From Oopsacas minuta (taxonomy: Eukaryota > Animalia > Porifera), in assembly GCA_024704765.1 (NCBI GenBank), contig JAKMXF010000295.1, positions 186,001 through 250,000 of the forward strand: a DNA stretch of 64,000 nucleotides. The letters are read 5' to 3'. A program made the translations under genes and the position numbers. Below are positions 28,370-39,264 of this stretch, piece by piece (the first letter of the stretch is position 1; each line of letters opens with the position of its first letter). Under the pieces are notes generated by a model. The model searched no databases. It saw nothing but the letters and a program-made list of their open reading frames with translations, and had not been told where the DNA came from.

Positions 28370-29706
28370 TAGGGTGTCCCATATGTATTGGCCGGTACAC
28401 TGATTTTTTATTCAATCTTAATTTTAAAGTAAACCATTACGAAATGTTATTGTGTATTTATATGTATTCAAGTTACAATTCTTAGAACATTTTCTATCAA
28501 TTAGTTTTTGCTTTCGCATATTTTCAAGTTCATCTCCTATTAGACTTCGTTTAGCTCTGAATTGTCAACTATGGATGTCAGAGATTATGGAGTATCGATT
28601 CGTTCATGGGCAATTGGGCAGCTAGAGAGTGGGATAACTCAGAAAGTTGTTTCGCAGAGTTTAAGTGTCAGCCTAAGATCAGTGAGACGTTGGTGGCATG
28701 CTTACAAATCTGGAAAATCTCTCGAATCTACACCAAACTCTGGTCGTAAAAGACAGTCTCTCGTGTAGCTAAAATTGTCATTTCCAAATCATTGGAAAAT
28801 GAAGACAGTCAACATGAAAAATTGCTTCTAAGTTAGCCAATAAAGGAATATCCATGTCTAAATCAACAGTACATCGCTATCTAAAGACTGGTTTAAAGGT
28901 AAAATCGTACAAAAGGCCAAAAATACCCAGACTTACCCAAAAAATGAAAGAAATTCGCATAAAATTCGCTCAGAGAACTATTAATTGGACTGCTGAAGCT
29001 TGGATAAAGGTACTGTGGAGTGATGAATCGCTGTTTGAACTCTTCTCTCTCCCAAATCGCCAAAATGATCGAGTATGGTCGAAATCCACCACAAAAGTTG
29101 AGCCATGCTTCGTGTTAAATTTCGCCCTAAAATTCAAGTCTGGGGTATGATTTCCTTTCAATCTGTTTCTGAATTGCATATAATACCAAAAGGACGGTTA
29201 ATGGAGCTTATTATAGGGATAGTATATTAGCAGATAGCTGTATGGCTGCGATCAAACGTAGGGCTAAGATAGGTACAATATTGGAAAAGTCAATGCTCCC
29301 AAACATGTCTGAATTTTTTTTCATGCAGGATGGAGCACCTGCTCACACAACTAAACTAACTCAACAGTGGTGTGCAGAGAATCTCCCGAAATTTTGGCGT
29401 AAAGAGGATTGGCCCGGGAATTCTCCAGATTTAAATCTCATTGAAATGTTTGGGGATATTTGAAAGACAATATGACTAACATGAAGGAAGTGAGCATTCT
29501 AATAGGGCTTGAAAAAAATCTGAAAAAGCATGGAGATCAATTCCGAATGATTTTCTCGAAAATTTAGTCAGTGGTATGCCCAATCGTGTTAGACGTGTTC
29601 TCCAATGTAATGGAGAGTATATAAATTAATAAATATATTGTATATTATGAAGTATACATTCGTTTTGGTCAAAATATCAACCGGCCAATACATATGGGAC
29701 ACCCTG
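28370..29706 (+). mobile_element. Tc1-like DD37E element, full length, pseudogene
   Basis: TIRs (T/C)AGGGTGTCCCATATGTATTGGCCGGT. TA TSDs at 28368-69 and 29707-08. WSDESLF, FMQDGAPAH and SPDLNLIE motifs with 37-aa spacing. Confidence 0.95.
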
Positions 29707-31257
29707 TAGAGTAAACTCGGATGGGAGGCTATTTTCGATTCCCCTCAGGAATCGAAAAATGGCCTGGACTTTTTACCTACATCTGTTTGATGTTTTTCCC
29801 TTTGCTTATAAGTCTTTCAGTGGGTGCTTTGGGTGGTGGACTAGAGAGCTGGATGTCAGAGGGTCTTGTGTGTGACGCTGGTTCGCCAAGTGCCAACCGC
29901 TTCTGCTCAGTTTGTCTTGTTCTGCTGCTCTTGTATATCTGCTGAAGCGCCTTCAGTGGTAGTTACCTTCAATTACAAGTGAAGGTTAAAATATCTCACC
30001 TAGAATGTGGATTTGAACTGCGTTCGGGTCCGGGGATAATAGGTGTATCTGTAGTTGCCATTGCGGCTATGTCATCTTTGGGTCCCTTCAGCAGCATTTA
30101 TGTATTCTATTCATGTTTATTGTCGCTCCATGGTTCGGTACAGGCTTTGTATTCCTCTGTGTACTCCCATATCTAACCGTCGTAGCCTTCCAGCGGCATA
30201 AGATTTTTTTTGTTTATTTAGACCTAATTGCAGAATCAACCTTTTCTTCACCTCCTTGACCTTAGCCTGAGCTGCTACCACTAGTTTCATTAGACTCCGA
30301 GATTCTTTTTCTATGTTTGTCTGTAATCTCACCTTGGCCTCTCCCTTGTACATCCTCGAATCGTCTTTAAGTTTGGACCTCTTGAGAATTTTGGCTTTCC
30401 ATTCCCAGAATCTTCCAGTAATATTATTGTTCTTTGCCTAATTGCATGTATACAATATTCACGAAATTATTAGCACTGAATGTTACATAACAGTTACTAA
30501 AATTCGTGTAAATTTGATTGGCTTAAAGCTATCCATTCTAATAGATGATCTTCAAGCAATCCAGCCAGAACCCCCATTGAATATATTTCGACAGTTCATT
30601 CGTACGCTCATCGATTTATGCCAGACTGCTAGTATATTGATGGAGACCTATATTTGTGACAGTGTGAGATCTAATTTGTTCTGACCTTACCAGAATAGCT
30701 GAAATTTTTTATTGCTCCACCAGAAACTTGGCGCCTCATCCGCATCTTATAATCAGCGCTGGCCATCGAAACGGTTTCCAAATTTTCGCCCTGAGCAGCT
30801 ATGAAACTGTGGAGTCCTTCTCCCAATTTTCAATTCAAAGAGTACATCTAACCATATTCAGTTTATACGCCTTCTTAATATTTATCGACATGAGCTACTA
30901 CCTATTTCGCATGTTGGAAGGGCCGATTCTGAGAAGATACATGGAAAACAGCCTCTTCTTTTATGCTGATGCAGCTGTGGGGCCTCTCAATCTCTGATCC
31001 TATGTTATAGCCAAACATCCGATACATTTACTCATTACAACACTAGAATGTTTGTTCCCACCTATAAATTTACTTTCTTCTTGACGAAATTCAAACTTCA
31101 TATTTGGTATAATGCCACAGGGGGATCTAATTTTAGATATCCTCCAGTTACATATATAGACTTAATTTAGTAAATATTCCTATCTCCCTTTTTATGTCAC
31201 TTGGCACTCATTCTATTGTTATGAGCTTATTTTGTCTCTATTTACTCCCCCTTGTAG

Positions 31258-31489
31258 TTTGAGATGCAATTCAGAAGGTTTAATATTTTTCGCGGAGAAT
31301 TTAATCAGATTGAAGACTTCTATACAGTTATAAGAGAACAGTTTGGTTTAACATTAGATATGGCGTTTCATATTTCCTATACTGATCCAATTCATCAAGA
31401 TTTATTGCCCATCAACAATAACGATAATCTTGCGAAGGCTTTTACTACTGCAAATCCTCTTATCAAGTTATATTTATATCGGAGGGAAG
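31258..31489 (+). CDS. par-6: Par-6 coding exon 2 (PB1 domain)
   Basis: TTGTAG acceptor. FEMQFRRF...ISYTDPIHQDLLPINNNDNLAKAF...RRE matches the Par-6 PB1 pattern FRRF..YTD..GDLLPINND. GTAAAT donor in phase 1. Confidence 0.92.
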
Positions 31490-32456
31490 GTAAATTTCGA
31501 TTTTCAGTATTTATTGAGTCTGTATAATTACAACAGTCAATATCATAAACATTAATATGCTATACTTAGGTTTTCTCTCCATGTTCTCCCTTTACTCTCC
31601 CTTTTACTCACCAAATTTGAATGGACCAATTTTAAACTCTGTAAATATTTAATTAATATATTACAGTTTCAAATTATACTAGGTGATTAGTAGAGGACAC
31701 TAGGGGGCGCTCAAGCGTCCCCAATATATTCAACGAAATAGTGTATTTATTAGAGAAGGTGATATATATTCCACAAATTCAATATTGGTATAAACGATAA
31801 GTAAAACGTATGTATTGGGATCAACTGATTAAGATATATAATTCCCTTTACTAAGTTCATGATAGTTATCTAGTTAATAAAATATAGTGTTTCCATAGAA
31901 ATTCCGTGTTAATTAATACCGATTATCCGCTTTTTGAAATGTATCCATCGATCAAAAACATCTTCTAATGACACAGAACTCATTATATCCCGATTCATTC
32001 ATAGTAACATTAGATCACTTGCTATGGTATAATGAAGGAAGTTTCGAGCCCAAGACAAAATCCTATTCATTGTGCTGAAACTCCGTCATACAGTACCCAC
32101 TAGTTAAGTTTTAGAAATGAAGATTAATTAGTTCAGATTTTTGTAAAGAAGAATCGAATCCATCTTTGGAACAATAAATTAGCCAAAATATTTTTTCTTG
32201 TAAATGGATTGAACCAAAGCCATGGGCGATCTAATTTGTATAGCCCATAGCTTTAAAAGTTTGAGCCCCCTGCTTTGAGGTTGATGATCCTATAAATACA
32301 ATGGTATGTTGAATTCCAACTTGTTGCATTGGTTTTAACCCGTTTCAAACTCAAGATTTCTGAATATTTCTTCTATTATTAGGGTTATTCAAATGCTTTA
32401 CGAATTCTGGATTAATTTCGTGAGAAAAACGTTTTTCAGATGGGATAATTTTGATA

Positions 32457-33164
32457 AGTGGAAGCCGCTTAATCGGGACAGTGGTTTCGCAACAGATTTT
32501 TTATATAGAAAAATCGTCGGATAATTGGGACATTGAATCCGTTAATCGGGATTTTTTATCCCTATTACCCGAATATTTGAAATTTCATAATCGGTTATTC
32601 AAGATTTCTTATCCCGATTAACAGGATGCGAATTTTATTCGCTTAATTCTGATTTCTATCCCAATTAAACGATTGTATATTTATTCAGAATCATTGTAAA
32701 TGGTTTGTTTTAAAACTAGGAATATGAATATTTTCTACAACTATAGCAATACAACACCGATGCGATTACCATTTACTAAACTAAGATTATTAACATTGCT
32801 CACTCGCCTCAGGTTCCATTGGCTATTCCATCGTGTATAATTTCCTCAATAATGACCACACTTTAGATATCCAAACGTTTTGCATAGGTTGCAGTAATAA
32901 GCACATGCATAATTATTTAAACTTGATTTTCTTGCTTCTAAGTATATATCGTAACGCACTCTATGACCTCTTGAAGCGGAACTATACCCATCCTACAACC
33001 AAACCTCTACTAGACCTAGATAAATCAGGTTTAGTAGTATAGAAATAAGATATATCCGGTCATGTGACAATGAAAAACTAGTTTTGAATACTTAAATAAT
33101 TATAATCGGTTAATCGGGACAAAACATTGATTCCCGAGCTGTCCCGATTAAGCGGCTTTCACTG
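32457..33164. mobile_element. pogo/Tigger-like MITE
   Basis: TIRs (C)AGTG(G/A)AAGCCGCTTAATCGGGAC, flanked by TA. Internal TTAATCGGGA repeats. Confidence 0.7.
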
Positions 33165-33165
33165 T

Positions 33166-33600
33166 ATTTTAATTTTTGTTAGTTGTATAGAATGTGCAAG
33201 ACATCGAAATTCAACTGTTTCAGGATTTTGTGTGCAAAATGCTGATTTAGCACCCACGACACCACTGAAGTTATCACTACTAACTGCAACCAGTATTGCA
33301 CCCACTTCTCTAATCATCCGTTGGCCATTATCAAGAAAATCTTTGACCCTAACTTCATCGTTTTGTTCAATTGCACTATCCAATAATAGGAACGAATTCC
33401 ACAGCAAATTTCAGTAATTTCTTGGTTGTGATTTGTACCGCAGTACAAGACAAATTCGCACAAGCACTTCCGCGAGTCTTTCTTTATTGGGTCTATCAAA
33501 GTGAGGCTAACTTTTCATTTCCTCAACACTTCTCTTTCTATTCACGTTCGTAGGATAAAATTTACTGAAATTTTCCTAAAACTTAAGTTATCAACCAAAC
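33166..33600 (-). mobile_element. hAT transposase fragment
   Basis: VAVSSDNFSGV...FRCLAHSIQL (second-D and CxxH motifs). Confidence 0.65.
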
Positions 33601-34229
33601 TATTCGGCGTTACAGCTAACCATGAAGTTGATAATACAGGATTCTTTTCATAGCACCTTGGATGGCTAGTAGATGACTATATTTTCGAATTTATCGTCCA
33701 AACACCCAAATTTTTGGGATATAATTATCCTTACAATAACTGCGTACACGCTTCTCCTCTAAAATTTGCTCATCATCTGACTAGGTAATACGCAAATTTG
33801 GATGATATTGGAGTATATTTATAAACAATTAGATTTAGATCTCATAACTGTATTTTTCATGAATAGGACGTCACTTATTGAGGATACACTAGCGTCGAAG
33901 GTTAAGATCTATCATAAACATTTTTCGAATACGGCTAGATTCTGTTCATATACAGTAAACATTGGATTTAACGACACATTTCTATGCCTGCTCCATGCAA
34001 ATGACATCGGATATTACGACTTTAGGCTGTCTGTTCTGTGCACTTCAGAAAAGTGTACTAATTAGTGAATTATTTAGATTTTAATAATTGATTTAATTAT
34101 AAACCAATTAAGTGACCCTTGTTCGACGCTGTTAGGCTAGCTGAGACCATTTATACACATACTTGGCCTCCAAATATCTTAAATTCTCGATTTTACTGCA
34201 TCGGCCCAAGCGTACATTATTCTCTTGCA

Positions 34230-35500
34230 TTTTAGTGCAGCTCCTATGAGGGAAGCCCTAATAGCATAGACCACGTGCAACGTCAGTCTGTCTGCGCGGC
34301 CATACGAAATCTGGCAGTGCAATTAACATTAAAATTGGCATACATATACATTTGGAGATTTGCACCTTGGGTATGAATTTTCCAAGGTGAATACCTCACA
34401 CCTTGTTGGTGATTAATCATATTTTCATACTTTTATGTAAAATATATAATCAAGCTAGAGATCAGGTTCCAACAAGTTGTCAGGGGTAATTTGGTGCGTA
34501 GAGTCCGACTTTGAGAATTTCAGAATCTGAAAGTTACAAATTCACAGATTTATCATATGAAAAATCACATTTTCACACCTTTTTGCATATTATTCAATCA
34601 TGACTAGGATTTCGTTTTAACTGCTATTTAGGGGTATTCAAGCATGTAGGTATTGATATTCACATTTTCAAATATATATCTACATTATTTATCTTATTTC
34701 ACACATTTGTGCACATATTTCAATTTACTGCTTGGGATTTGGTGCACAAAAGTAGATAGGGGGTAATTGTAGGATAATTCTTCGGGATTAAACATGACTA
34801 AATTGCTAAAATGTATCAGGAAAGTGTTTGAATATATAGATTATAACGCATATTTGTATCAAAGAGATATATTATAGGTTGAGCTAAATTATTTGTTGTC
34901 ACAGTTATCCCAGTTAGTATAGAAAACTATACTTGGTCTGATAAATGTGTTATCAGAATAGACAATCATCAAATTTGGAAAAATTATAAGTATGTACTGT
35001 AAGGCAGTACTGCAAAGTGAGTTCATGGAAATTCCTGGAAATACAGCGTGACATTTACAGTGATCCATTAGCAACTTTGCTCTCTGACATCTGATTGTTA
35101 GGTACAAAGTTCTGAAATGTGAAACTCTTGTAAACTCGCCTATATAAATCAATTTCAGTAAAGATCTAATTTAGAAACACTTTACTCCGACGGTTATTCA
35201 GAACAATACGGTATGTGGAAAAAGATTCTAATACATCTTTACGCCATGATGTTATTAATCTGTGTTTCACCTTTAACTGAAGTACGTTTATAGCTTTAGA
35301 TAAGAAGATTGTGCCGCAGTACGAAAAATGTGAGAAACACTCTTATCTGTAACATGATACTATATTCCCTACTAATAACAAAGAACAAACGGAGATTTAC
35401 GTAGAAATAAGTCTTCCTACTTAGATACGTAGATAGCAGTCCAATATACGTAGTCTATATAAATTTACGGAGGCTGGGGAGCACTGTTTTAGGGGTCTGA
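34230..35500. mobile_element. Possible non-autonomous Helentron/DINE-like repeat
   Basis: GTCAGTCTGTCTG microsatellite-like motif followed by AAAATTGGCA, as in DINE-type elements. Boundaries uncertain. Confidence 0.25.
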
Positions 35501-38131
35501 ATAAACGAGGGTGGAATATACGGAGTATTTGGAATCTCCAGTATTAATTAGAATTCATCACCTAAGTACTTACCACTCCAGCATGATCTAAAATAAATTT
35601 ACGTATATTCCCTAGAATCTACATAGTTTATGAAAACATGCAGTAAGAAGATGTGATTGTTTAAACATTTCGAGTCAATATTCGAAAGCATATAAATTGG
35701 AATGTTGGAATAAGCGCGAGGGGATCTAAATTGTGTATGCGGATATAAGTTGTCTTCATATCTACTGGGTAAAATGCCTGCGTTCCGTCGGTATTTACCA
35801 ATTTTTGACACCAAAACAGTTAATTAATTTAAATTCTTACTCTTTGTTAATTTTGTCACTTTTCAAGACTATTTAGCTACTAGCATCCGGAAAAAGCTAA
35901 AATTTTAACTTTTAACCTCGCAAAATTCGGTAAATTTGAAATCAGTTTGGAAAGTTTTTAGCCAACCTTGATTTCTTTGAATTTATTAGAACAAATTTAG
36001 TTGGTACTTTTCTCGTGCTTTGGAAAATCAATTTCCATCGAACCTCGAGAGCAAATCTTTCTCAGCATCAAAAATGGACGGCCTGGCCGGAACCAATCTC
36101 AGAAGAATGATAAAGTACCTAACTGCGTGCGGAAAGGAACCAAAATGGCGCCTTCATGATTCAGCAACATTCAAAATTATCTTTCTTTACGATTTGTTTA
36201 ACCAATATTTAATTTAGCGAATATTTTTCCAGTTGAGCTTCTAATTATCCATAATTTCTTGTATATTGAATGGATGAGTGACATATAGGAATATGATACC
36301 AAAGTAAGCATTTCAATTGCCTAATAATTTGATTTCTCACCATCCGGTTTCGAAACATGTATCTTTAAAACAAAAACTGTTGCTTTACAAATTGTATTTA
36401 TACTAACTTTAAGTATTGAGGGCCACATTCCCCATTTTCGGACTTTCAGTGGGCCGCAAAAATTCAAATTTCTATCCTTAGTAAACAGAATTATATTCAT
36501 AATAGAATATGCTGAATGCAATTTTTACACTTTGATCATACGTAAATTTGGTTGTTGATTTATTGATCGAAACTATTAAGAACATATTTATACCATCTGA
36601 AATTATTGGGAGATAATTGCTCTCAATGTTTATATTGGTGTAACAAAATATATTAAATCCGAATTTCGCATTTTCAAGTTTCTCTTATGTAATGTGTCGT
36701 TGTTAATATGAATATAAAGTAAACAAATATTTGAAATCTTGAAATATCGTGGGGACTTGCTCTCAACTACTATACATGTGTCATGACCAGTACATTCAAG
36801 TTTCACACATTTAATAGTTTTAGATATTAAATTCTTAAATTTGATTTTGTTATATTATAGTTTAATTCGCGGCACAAAGTCCCCAGCCTCGTGCGAACAT
36901 AAAGTGTTCGGTGTTAGCAAGACGCGCAGCACGAGCAAAGCGAAGCATCCTTGCAATTCTAAATTAGATTGAAATACAAATATAAACAAGAATATTTTGG
37001 TTGTTTACCAAGGTTATGGTATTAGTTATTACTACTTTAAGTGAGCAGTATCTGAAGCTTGCCTGTGCCGCAAAAATTTGCTATGGGGACTGCACTTTGC
37101 CGACCCCTGATTTTCTATGTTCTCAGTTTTTTTAGTACTTTGACAGTTGTATTTAATGATAGGCGAATAGTTAATTTGAAAAATGATGGGTATGCATGGA
37201 AAGTGAATATATTTCTGTGTTTCTAAGGTAATATGCTTCCGCCTTTTGAAGCTATACCAAATAAACTATGAATGCTATGGTCTAAACTTTATACCAGTAG
37301 TTCAGTAATAGCCAACTCCCTATTCACTCTTAATATAGTTCATTTGCTTTTAATAGCTATTTTTTAGGTATTTTGACATTTCCCATTGCTATACTATTTA
37401 TAGCAAATGTCTAAATAACTAAAAGCAAATGAACTATATTACTAGTGGATAGGAAGTTGACCATTACTGAACAATTAGCATAATTTGCATAGTGACCACA
37501 TTAATCCAATTTATTTGGTTGATGTAATTCCCCCGTATTAGTATTTGGTGATTTCCTAGACATGCGAGAACATTATTGGTGCCAAGGGATTTTGGCAAAC
37601 TTATAGGGGAAAAATTGGCACCCGACATAAAAGTAACACTGAAATATGTTGGCAGTTATGCGAGTAAATTGACTTTCTTTATGCTCGAAGGTGGGGCCCA
37701 GGTCGCTTATGGCCAGTGTCTATTGGAGTTTTTAATCCAGTTTTCAGATTGGGTTAGCTCTGTTGCTCTGTTTATGAACAATTGTTGCTATGGCGATAAT
37801 TATTTGCTGTATTTGCGTCCAGAGATTTCTAATCGATTAACCTCTAAGCTAGCGTAATTTTGAGTAGACTAGGCTATTATCATCCTTATATAGTAGAATT
37901 TGGGTAAGACGTACACTATATCTAAATGTTATACATACTTATTCTCTTAGTCAAATTTATTGCCCATTTATTTTACTACAATATCTATTCGTGTAAGTCG
38001 GATAATGACAAGCTAGCTTCTCGGCGTACTTTTTCTCGAGTTCTACTTTGTGTTAAATCATTTACTTTTGTTAGATAGATTGTAATAGTATTTCTTTAGC
38101 GTATTTCTTTTTATGATATTTATTTAAATAG

Positions 38132-38841
38132 ATTTGATGTGGGAGGATATTGCGAAGAGAAAACGAGGTACAAAACTTCCAATTATTTCAATTGGAATGC
38201 CCCAAGATTTCAGGCAAGTCTCTACAATTTTATATCAAGAGGGCCAACCTCCCCAAGTTTTAAGAGTAAAGTTAATTAAACATTCTCCGGATCAGAAATT
38301 GGGGTTTTATGTTAGAGATGGAAAGAGTGTAAGGATGACGACTAATGGGATTGAAAGGGTTGATAGCTTTTTTATATCTCGTTTAGTAGCAGGTGGATTA
38401 GCTGAAGGAACAGGATTACTTAGCGTAGAAGATGAAATATTGGAAGTTAACGGAATTGAAGTTGCGGGTAAGACACTTGACCAAGTTACAGACATTATGG
38501 TTGCTAACAGTAAGAATCTTATTCTTACAATACAACCTGCTTCTGCACCAAAAATGGCACCCAATCTTAAGCAATCTGATAAATTTGCATCTATATCCTC
38601 CTCCTTTCAACCTCCTAATCATACCACCGGAGAAATTCCTAATTCTCGAAGAATAGGAGTTACACCTTCTCGTTCTTCAGTCCACAATTCTCCCTCAAGC
38701 GTAGCATCGCAAGATCTTTCTGTTTCTCTTCCAAACTCTAATTTTCATAATGAAGTTATTCAGGTGGAGCCTCCTCTCATCTCGTCAGATAATCTCAATG
38801 AAGCCTGTGATAATTATTTAAACGAACGTACTAAATTATGA
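38132..38841 (+). CDS. par-6: Par-6 coding exon 3 (semi-CRIB, PDZ and C-terminal tail)
   Basis: AAATAG acceptor in phase 1. [15 protein letters not shown] (semi-CRIB), [58 protein letters not shown] (Par-6 PDZ). The spliced CDS is 93+232+710 = 1035 nt and open. Confidence 0.97.
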
Positions 38842-39264
38842 TGAATTCACAAACATTAATGTGATAAACAATTTACTATTTCAATATTTAGATACATTTT
38901 CATTTAGCCATTTATTCCTCTGATCTATCTCAATTGTTTAACTTTAGTTTTCCTCTGTATAGTTTGTTCCCAGAATATATTATCATGTGATATTTCTACA
39001 CTATTGTACATTAAATGTAAACATATGTATACAATAACTTATCCCTAACATTGGTGGATTATAGGAATGAGCAGTTGCACGGGTCCCTGCTCGAATAGGT
39101 CATATTAGGAAATCCAATAAATAATAAGGAAAGCGAACTGTTTTTATTATGAATTTGGAGAATTATATTTATATATATTCCATATAATTATGTTTTATGA
39201 TTTAAGTACGCTAATTGTCGCCAAATCTCTTACCACACAAAAAGGTATGTGGACTAATAATACA

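Larger units (their letters stand above)
22150..30450 (-). mobile_element. Gypsy-type LTR retrotransposon remnant split by a hAT-like element and a Tc1-like element
   Basis: In order on the minus strand: gag-like region with CNYC knuckle (about 28360), protease-like GQVEINEMKIRVILDFG (about 28190), RT/RNaseH-connection-like FYELKKRYLNKPVL (about 27850), integrase zinc-binding HTKGHRG..WWRGIE spanning the 27372/22560 junction, and integrase QAIQIDYVGP (about 22385). The RT core and LTRs were not found. Confidence 0.6.

Noticed and set aside
30117-30353. Penelope GIY-YIG endonuclease (YKGE..VRL)
   Set aside because: No first GIY motif. The region lies upstream of protease-like and integrase motifs and fits Gypsy gag better.
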